Origin: Chrysomallon squamiferum
Lineage: Eukaryota > Animalia > Mollusca
Reading direction: 5' to 3'
Length of the DNA stretch: 64,000 nt
Assembly: GCA_012295275.1 (NCBI GenBank)
Contig: CM022670.1
Coordinates: 37,944,001 to 38,008,000 of the forward strand
The translations under genes and the position numbers were made by a program. Positions 55,833-64,000 of this stretch are shown here, one piece after another (the stretch's first letter is position 1; each line of letters starts with the position of its first letter). The notes under the pieces were generated by a model. That model was not told the origin of the DNA and made no database searches. It worked only from the letters and a program-made list of their open reading frames with translations.

Positions 55833-56108
55833 ATCTGGAGTGAAAAACTGGAGGAGCACGCCGAAACGGTGATCGAGGACTGCGAGTTCAAACATTCGTC
55901 GCACCAGGCTGAAAATCTCGGAGCAATGTTCGGATTTCCTACCAGGAATCGGCTGGAGGCCTATGGGAAGAGCAACATGATAAAGCTGATTATCCGAGAC
56001 GGCATGCCGTCTGCCAACTTCAAGGCATGGGCGCAGGAAAAGGACAACGTGGCTTCATTCGACTCTTTCGACTGCATAGAAAGCAAAGTTTGCAATCATT
56101 ATAAACAG
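55833..56108 (+). CDS. CAP/CRISP coding exon 2
   Basis: TTTCAG| IWSEKLEEHAETVIEDCEFKHS..AENL..WAQEK..CNHYKQ |GTGTGT; 276 nt, phase 0 to 0. Confidence 0.88.
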
Positions 56109-56162
56109 GTGTGTTCGTATGTGTTTATATATATATATATATAATTTAAATACAGTTTTGAA

Positions 56163-56239
<77 letters not shown>

Positions 56240-56299
56240 GATGTGGCTCTGTGAATCTTTTTCTCTTGCATGCTCGCATCTGCATTGTGGTTTTTTTTT

Positions 56300-56330
<31 letters not shown>

Positions 56331-56466
56331 CTTCGTAAAATATATGTAGCTTTCTGCCCGTTCATCTAAACATAATCTTTAATGGATGTTTCAGTAATTT
56401 ATAATATATTGCATTTTTATATTTATTTATTTATTTATTTATTTATTTGTCCCTTGTTTATTTAAG

Positions 56467-56579
56467 GTTGTGACGAGTGAATCACGAAAAGTAGGATGTG
56501 CTGCCAAATACTGCCCATCAATTTTAATGCATGGTGAACGTATAAGTCGGGCCTGGTTTTTGGCTTGTGATTATGACAG
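56467..56579 (+). CDS. CAP/CRISP coding exon 3
   Basis: TTTAAG| VVTSESRKVGCAAKYCPSILMHGERISRAWFLACDYD AG|GTAC; CAP1 and CAP2 motifs; 113 nt, phase 0 to 2. Confidence 0.88.
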
Positions 56580-56825
56580 GTACCTGGCCTTCCGAACTAT
56601 ATATATATCTCTGTGTGTGTGTGTGTGTGTGGGTGGGTGGGTGTGTCAGTGTGGAATAAATGGTTACTACCTTACGACATCAGCTTTATCCTGCGAAAGT
56701 TAGAATGGCCCGATTTAGCTAGTGATTTTCTTATCCTGGAACGTTTAATAACATAAAAATTAAGATGAAATTATGTATATAAACTCTCCGCTCCCGAGTT
56801 TTGCATTTTCGTTTTGGCTACTTAC

Positions 56826-56904
<79 letters not shown>

Positions 56905-57269
56905 AGACAAGTAATTTATGGATGTAAATATTGCGTCCGTACCAAAAAGCTGTATTTTTGGCAATGACCGAAAATGTAAAAATGTACCTAGTTTAAACAG
57001 CCCCTAACTCCCTCTCTTTCTCTTCAGCGACTCCGATTCCTTTCCAGCTTTTCGTAAAGCTGTTAAGAATTTTGATTTACTATGCACACTGAGTGAAAGA
57101 AAAGAGCAACGACAACTTAATTTATCCTTGTCGCCACTTTACACATCAGCATTGCCCCCAAACGCCACTTTTTTCGCCGGTATTGTCCAAACAGGCAATC
57201 TCTTGTGTAAACAAAAAGTCTCGATAACACAATTTGTACCTTTTTACTATTGCTGTCATCATGTATTAA

Positions 57270-57330
<61 letters not shown>

Positions 57331-57596
57331 GTTTTTTTTGTTTTTTTTTTGTTTACACTTGCTGTAGATTGTTTTTTTTTTAATTTTGATTCTGTTTGTT
57401 GTTGTTGTTGTTGCTGCTGCTGCTATTATTGTTACTATTACTTTAATTTTATTATTATTATTGTTATTGTTATTATTATTATTATTACACCTGTTGTAAT
57501 TGTTATTTTACCACTATTATTTTTGTTGCTGTTGTTGTTTTAAATTTTGATGTTTGTTCTTGTTATTGCTGCTGCTGCTGCTGCTGTGATTGTTGC

Positions 57597-57647
<51 letters not shown>

Positions 57648-57649
57648 AG

Positions 57650-57741
57650 AGGAATCACGGAGGGTGTACCGTCGTTTGAACTTGGAAGCGCCTGCACAGA
57701 GTGCGATGATGATGATAAATGCCAAGATGGTTTATGTGTTG
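57650..57741 (+). CDS. CAP/CRISP coding exon 4 (Cys-rich hinge)
   Basis: TTACAG| (R)GITEGVPSFELGSACTECDDDDKCQDGLCV G|GTAAGA; C-x2-C-x5-C-x4-C hinge; 92 nt, phase 2 to 1. Confidence 0.85.
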
Positions 57742-57888
57742 GTAAGATTCATGTATACCTACTAACTGGTTAATTAAAAACAATTTAACAACAACAGCAA
57801 CAATCATAATTATAGCTATGACAATAACAACAGTAGTAATGGTTACGATGATATTAAAAGATCAGAGAATGAAATTAATAACTTAGAT

Positions 57889-57929
<41 letters not shown>

Positions 57930-58011
57930 ACATAAACACGTATACGAATTTATAAATGTTTTACGAGAGAGTTATTTAAAATAATCTTGAATGTTTGTTT
58001 TTTTTTTTCAG

Positions 58012-58019
58012 AAACGTAA
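58012..58019 (+). CDS. CAP/CRISP terminal coding exon (E-T-stop)
   Basis: polyT-CAG|AA ACG TAA completes a 642-nt CDS (213 aa). ATTAAA at 58144 and AATAAA at 58288 lie downstream. Confidence 0.6.
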
Positions 58020-58323
58020 GTCAGTATCTATGATGCTCAGTGTACTAACAGTTCTAACTGATTGCCAATATGAATTATTGAAAGAGACAAATTCTACTTT
58101 ATTGTAATTTACACACCTCCTAAAAAATCCCCAACAGAACAGAATTAAATATTATCGAAAATATTTACTGAATTTTTATGATATTTTTGTAATGTTTTTC
58201 TTTTTTCCTTATATTTCTTTTAGCAAATTTTTTTCTATTGTTATTTTATATCATACAAATATTTTCTACTTGTTTTATAAATATTTTAATAAACGGTTTG
58301 GAAAATTACTTTCTTCTGCTTCT

Positions 58324-58510
<187 letters not shown>

Positions 58511-58954
58511 GTAACTTCTATATTATACATTAGTATCAGCAACGTGTAAACCAAGATTAACAACCAAGAAAGCCACTCCTGCATACGTTTAATATTATCT
58601 TTTTTTTTCTCTTTTTCTTTTTTTTTCTTTTAATTATTATTCATATATTACAAAAATCATTGAAAGCAATAAATTGTTCTTGCGTCAATTTGATTGGCTT
58701 TTTGTGATAATTAAGGAAAACGTATAAATATATTGTTATTAAAAACAAGACGAAGAAGAAGAAGAAATAAAGATTATAATATGACAGAGATGATTATATT
58801 ATATATTACATTATACCAAAAATGAGTTATAAAATTTACATAGCAGAAGAACAAATTCGACAGTATGTTCGAGGCCAATAAAAATAAGTGGCTTTTTTTT
58901 CTCTTTTTTTTAATTATTATTATTATGATGAGGTGATTTTTTTTTTTTAGTCAT

Positions 58955-60091
58955 TTACGTTACTGTATATCTCCCAAGACTGTTCGTCTTTTTCCGGCAA
59001 ATGCACGAACACGTGTCCATAAAACTTTGGCGGAAGCTTCCGGAAAAAAGCCAGTAGAGAACCGGATTGAGAGCACTGTTGACGAACAACATAAGAAAAG
59101 ACACGGGAGGGAAAATGCTCTCGCTGGGCTTGGGGAACATGCCCCAGTACAACAGCAGCAGCCTCAGGTGGTTCGGAAAGACGAACACAGCGAAGCAGAC
59201 GAGCACGGCTATGAGCAGTTTTATCACGTGACGTCTGGAGTCCACCGTTCGGCGGGAACTGAGGTTGGTCTGGCGCGGAGGCCGGACCGCGATGCGGCTC
59301 CTGAAGCTGCAGCTGTTTTCGCTGTACATCGCCTCGCTGCACATCACCGAGGCCAGCTCCTCCGCGGAACCTTCGCAGTGCGCGCTTCTCGAACTGCGCA
59401 CCAGCGGCGGAGGGGGTGGCAAAGACGTCGATTTTACGTGGTTGCCGGGAATGCAGTAGCGGACGCTCGCCGGGGAATGCCTCGCGGAGTTGCACACCGA
59501 GCTGTTGGGACAGAGCCCGTTCTTTTTGCCGACGACGTCACCGCCGACGTTGTTACCCGACGACGAGCTCTCGTTGGTCAAGGCGGTGTTGAACGTGTAT
59601 TTCTCTTCTATTTCGCTGCCTCGCCGACTCTGGAACTTGAAACAAGAGCAGTTGCAGCAGCTGGCGTTTCTTTCCAGCAACACGCCGTCGTGGCTTTCGA
59701 TGTTCTTGTTGCTCAGCCACAAGGTGAACGATATCCGCGTGTAGACGTACACCAGCACCGACAAAGGGACGACGTACCAGACGGCGAAGTTGGTTGTTAT
59801 CAGGATCCGCATCGTGTGGAAGGACACGGCCGGGTAGCAGTAGGAGTTGATCGTGCCTCCTCGAGACGTGAAGTCGAACGTGTTGAAGATGTAGAGGACC
59901 GGCGTGTTGTAGCTGCAGGCGAGAATCCAGATACAGACCTGGGCGATCTGCAGTCGCAGCGTCGTGAACAGCTGCCTCGTGCGCAACGGCTGCATGATGG
60001 CCACGTAGCGTTCAACAGCGATTACGACCAGGAACAACACCGACGCCGTATAGCTCATGTTCTGCACGAAGTAGTAGATGCGACACATCGC
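58955..60091 (-). CDS. TrissinR: Trissin-receptor-like class A GPCR, terminal exon (TM3-TM7 and C-tail)
   Basis: TTTGCAG| AMCRIYYFVQNMSYTASVLFLVVIAVERYVAIMQPL..RRHVIKLLIAVLVCFAVFVFPNHLRLLLLYW..NSALNPVLYWLFSGSFR; SYTAS, ERY and NPxxY motifs as in trissin receptors; 1137 nt to TAA. Confidence 0.88.
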   Translation of the reverse strand, partial: AMCRIYYFVQNMSYTASVLFLVVIAVERYVAIMQPLRTRQLFTTLRLQIAQVCIWILACSYNTPVLYIFNTFDFTSRGGTINSYCYPAVSFHTMRILITTNFAVWYVVPLSVLVYVYTRISFTLWLSNKNIESHDGVLLERNASCCNCSCFKFQSRRGSEIEEKYTFNTALTNESSSSGNNVGGDVVGKKNGLCPNSSVCNSARHSPASVRYCIPGNHVKSTSLPPPPPLVRSSRSAHCEGSAEELASVMCSEAMYSENSCSFRSRIAVRPPRQTNLSSRRTVDSRRHVIKLLIAVLVCFAVFVFPNHLRLLLLYWGMFPKPSESIFPPVSFLMLFVNSALNPVLYWLFSGSFRQSFMDTCSCICRKKTNSLGRYTVT

Positions 60092-60843
60092 CTGCAAATA
60101 ATAAAAATCAAATTCTTTTGTTAATCGACTGAAAATTAAAATCCGTCTAATGACCTATATTAAAATGTGTAAATTGAGAATAAAGCAGAATAATGTGATA
60201 ATAATAACTAATAAGCTAGGCTGGCTGTTGTTTTCAAGGAGAATTGGCCGTCTCAAATTTCACTTAAAAAACAAACTTAATAAAAATAAAATAGTAAACC
60301 TGTTTCACTTTTCTTGCTTTCTTTAGTTAATGACCTATTTAGAAATAAGGTGAAAAGAATATTCCATAAATAAAAAGAACAGAGCGTAAGCAGCCAAAAT
60401 GGTAATATCAAATTTTTCTGCTTCTGGGATTTTAAATTCGCCTGATGTTCTTTATAAGTATTTACAGAAATGAAAAATTGTTTATCGCAGAATTTTGAAG
60501 CAAAAGACTGTCATAGAAAGAATTACTTCTGAATAAATTTCCTTCTGCTTCAGATGAATAACAACGCCTAGTTAACAAAAGCATCGAGTGTCATAACATC
60601 AACAAGTGAATAAGTATTTCCTGACGACGAAGATTAAACAGTTCTTTACTATTTGTTTTATATATTTCTTTGGCCTGTTTACTACTACATCTATTACTAC
60701 TACAACTACTACTTTTACTACTACTAAAAATGAGGCTACACCTCTCATATTACCGATATAACTACTACTACTATTACTGTTGCTGTTTTTGATACTATTA
60801 TCATTATTATTATTATTAATACTACTACTACCACTGCTACTAC

Positions 60844-60879
<36 letters not shown>

Positions 60880-63441
60880 TGCATAAAATTTTATTTTATA
60901 ATCTTCATCTAAGAATACTAAACATGTTTTTACCTTTTGAACTATGTAAAGGAATTAAAGTTTTAGACTTATGAACGAGAGCACGTAGAAGCTATTAATT
61001 CGTAAAATCAGATTCTGCCTGCACTGATAAACGCCCGAATTTGAGCCACTGAATGCATGAATATTAAATTTGATGAACACTAACCATATTTTAATAAAGA
61101 CATTTGCTAGTCACTGACTGCACGTTTAATATATACAATGATTACAGCTGTGAGCGAACAGCAAAGTACAGTCTGGCATCACTAGATTTGTTAGTTCATG
61201 CAGTATCTGTTATTTTAATTTGTATAAATTTTGGAGATGCGTGTACCAACGTTTTAACACATCGTGGAAATACTTGATAGTGTCATACTTAGTCAAACCT
61301 CGAAATAATTTCAGAAACTTAAATAGATGCTCTTTTTTACTTCTTTTTTTTTTTCCACACTATTTTTTTTTTTTATTTTTTAATTTTTATTTTTTTTAAC
61401 ATGTTGTGATTTAATATCATCTTCAGCCTAATTTTCTTGCATTAATTTCAGCAATAAGTCAACCTAATTAAATGATTATTTCGATCTAAAATCTTGCCAA
61501 GCCGAAAAGTAAAGCAGATCTTTTACAAATTTATCAAACCAAAATTCGCGATGTATTTTCTAAAAGAAAATTTTAGCATATAAGTTCCTAGTATTTTGCA
61601 TTATTAATTCATTTAATTAATTTTATTTTATTTATTTATTTTAATGGGTTTTTAAAATTTATTTTCGTTCGTTCTTTATTTCTTTCTTTATTTTATTTTA
61701 TTTTATTTTATTTTATTTTATTTTATTTTATTTATTTATTTTTTAAATATTTTTTGTTGTTGATAATTTAAGACAAACGCGAAATTTATCTGTATTTTAT
61801 AATTCTTGGTAAATATTATCTGAATATAACATATAAGGTGTGACTGACTGTGTGCGCGCGCGCGTGTGTGTGTGTGTGTGTGTATATGTGTATATATGTG
61901 TGAGTGTGTTTGCGTTTCCCCTTCTGCCCGTTAATTAGTACAATTAAGTCACACTTATTTGATCTTTCAGAAATCTTCAAAACTGTATAACCTTTACAAC
62001 GGTCGTTTATAAGCTACTTTAACCTAAAGAAAAAAAACCTAGAGGCTGTCGCCTTCAGGTATAACGACCACTTAGACAAGATGACAACTAACTTAGCGAA
62101 ATATAAATCACGGTTACTGTGCTCTCCGTTTTGTTTCACATTATTTTTAGAATGTGAAAAATCGTAGAAAAGCGTAGACTGATGATAATGATAAGGTTGA
62201 TGGACTGTTCTTTGTAGTTTTTATTTTCCACTTTCTTTTTTTTTTTTCTTTTTTTTTTTTGTTCATTTTTCTTTTTGTTCTGTCTTTCCCGTAACTTAAT
62301 TTTCCACTGTTTTTGATTTTTTTTTGTTCTATATTTCCGTAAGGTAATAATGTATGAATGTGTAACAACTTCTGATATTAATTTTTGATAGATACTGCAC
62401 GTTTTTTAATATGATACCACCATTCCATGATCTTTAATTATCGATAATTTAAAAAAAAAAAAAAAGTGATATCCTACAAGTGATATCGTGAAACAACAAA
62501 ATATTATCGTTGTTCTTTTTTCTTTTTCAATTTTTTATTTTTGTTTTAATTATTCCAGTCTTCGGAAGAAACTGAAACGGGTATAACTCGAATGGACACG
62601 TCAAAAAGAGAAATGGTCTTTTGATAAGATGCGCCTCAGCTCTGATGAATAATTAATTAAATACGCTAAAAGCAGACGATAACATAATACCTACGATTTC
62701 AGATCGAGCTCGTGAATCACGCCAATACGTTGAAGGTTATCATAACATAAAAATATCTGCATCCTCGTGAAATCTAGAAAATCAATAGTCGTTTTTATCC
62801 AAATGCGATCAGCTACCAGGAATATTAATTAATTTTACAGGTTTCCATAGGTAATGACATTAGAAAGACATGATAGCAGCGATGCTTATTATAAATTTGC
62901 CAAGAGTTGTGTCCCTTGCGATGCGCCGTAAACGTTTGAGAATATATTAAGGTGAATTTGGCTCATTCTGTCTGATGTTGCTCGTGTAATTGTTGGTATT
63001 CATTCGTAAGGAGGATTGATTTATTTAATTAATAAGCATTTTGTAATCATTTATTATAATTTATTTATATTTTTATTTTTATTCATATTATTTTTTAAAA
63101 GCTTCACCACCAATCCCAACTTTTTTTTTTTTTTTTTTAATTTTAAATTTTCTTTTTTTTAAATTTATTTATTTATTTTAAATGATTGACTTAAACATCT
63201 CTCTATATCATTTCATGCACATTTCCTTAACAGTTCTCAAAATGTGTTTTGTCATCATGAACGCATTCGTTACGTTGCTGCTTAGTAACGTGTATATCGT
63301 GACTGGGATATTAGTGATTGTGATTAGTTTAAATTGTCGCTATACCTTAATTTACTGTTCCTATTTAACACGAAACGGCAACAGATGTCAGAAGGTCAAG
63401 GCTGAAATGTAGACTGTTTTCGGGTCTTTTGAAATACTTAC

Positions 63442-63602
63442 GTTGCCAAGAGTCCAGCGCAGAGTGAGAAAACTGAACAGATTTGGAATAATGCAGAACA
63501 CACCAACTGCGAAGTCTGCCACCGCCAGGTTGGCCAAGAAAAAATTGGTTCTAGTACGCATGCGCTTGTTCTTGATTATTACCAAAAGCACAACCAGGTT
63601 TC
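63442..63602 (-). CDS. TrissinR: Trissin-receptor-like GPCR, internal exon (end of TM1, TM2, ECL1)
   Basis: ATTTCAG| GNLVVLLVIIKNKRMRTRTNFFLANLAVADFAVGVFCIIPNLFSFLTLRWTLGN |GTAAGT; 161 nt, phase 1 to 0; joins 60091 in frame. First exon lies beyond the window. Confidence 0.9.
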
Positions 63603-64000
63603 CTGAAATTAAATTATACAAAAGTCAACGATAATGCAGTATAAGAAAAAGTAAATTCCGTGTCATGTACAAATCACAATCATGATACCATTACGATTTC
63701 TCGTTGTTGTTTTTTTTTTTGTGTGTTTTCTTGTTTGTTTGTTTTTTAATTTTCTATTTCCAATTAAGTCGTATGCATATATGCTTTCATGTGCGTGCGT
63801 CGTGCATGTTTTTGCTTGTGTTAGTTATCTGCATTCTTTAATTTTTAAATACATTTCTTCCTCTTTTTTACACCCAAAGGATATCATTCACAATAGCATC
63901 TCGACCTTTAATAATCTTTCGTTTTTTTCAAATCACTAAAATAACGAGCTGAAAAGCAGTAATATGATTTTATTTTACTTTAAACGTCCAGTTCATACTC

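Noticed and set aside
59027-60124. 365-aa plus-strand ORF
   Set aside because: Antisense shadow of the GC3-rich GPCR exon; no recognisable domain.

Overview
Eukaryotic, very AT-rich, microsatellite-dense DNA with GT-AG introns; gene content and repeat style suggest a mollusc, probably an octopod cephalopod (inference). Most short ORFs in the track are microsatellite artefacts. Five protein-coding loci are supported, with exon structures read by hand. (1) First coding exon of an allatotropin/orexin-type GPCR (14779-14372, minus) with a TATA/CCAAT promoter; its other exons are not in the window. (2) Intronless BTB/POZ plus coiled-coil gene (45577-44912, minus) whose frame continues 65 codons past an in-frame TGA. 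(3) Complete 8-exon, 497-aa chromatin reader (53441-48307, minus): KAT6A/B-type winged helices, AT-hook and double PHD finger joined to a SAMD1/atherin SAM domain, with no MYST domain. (4) Secreted CAP/CRISP protein with 5 coding exons (55210-58019, plus) and a candidate alternative exon. (5) Two 3' exons of a trissin-receptor-like GPCR (63602-58955, minus). Also present: a probable signal-peptide exon at 1704-1608, a hAT MITE with a perfect 8-bp target-site duplication, other TE remnants, a palindromic 28-bp tandem array, and about 29 kb of non-coding DNA with CpG-rich patches and CRE sites. No rRNA, tRNA or CRISPR was seen.
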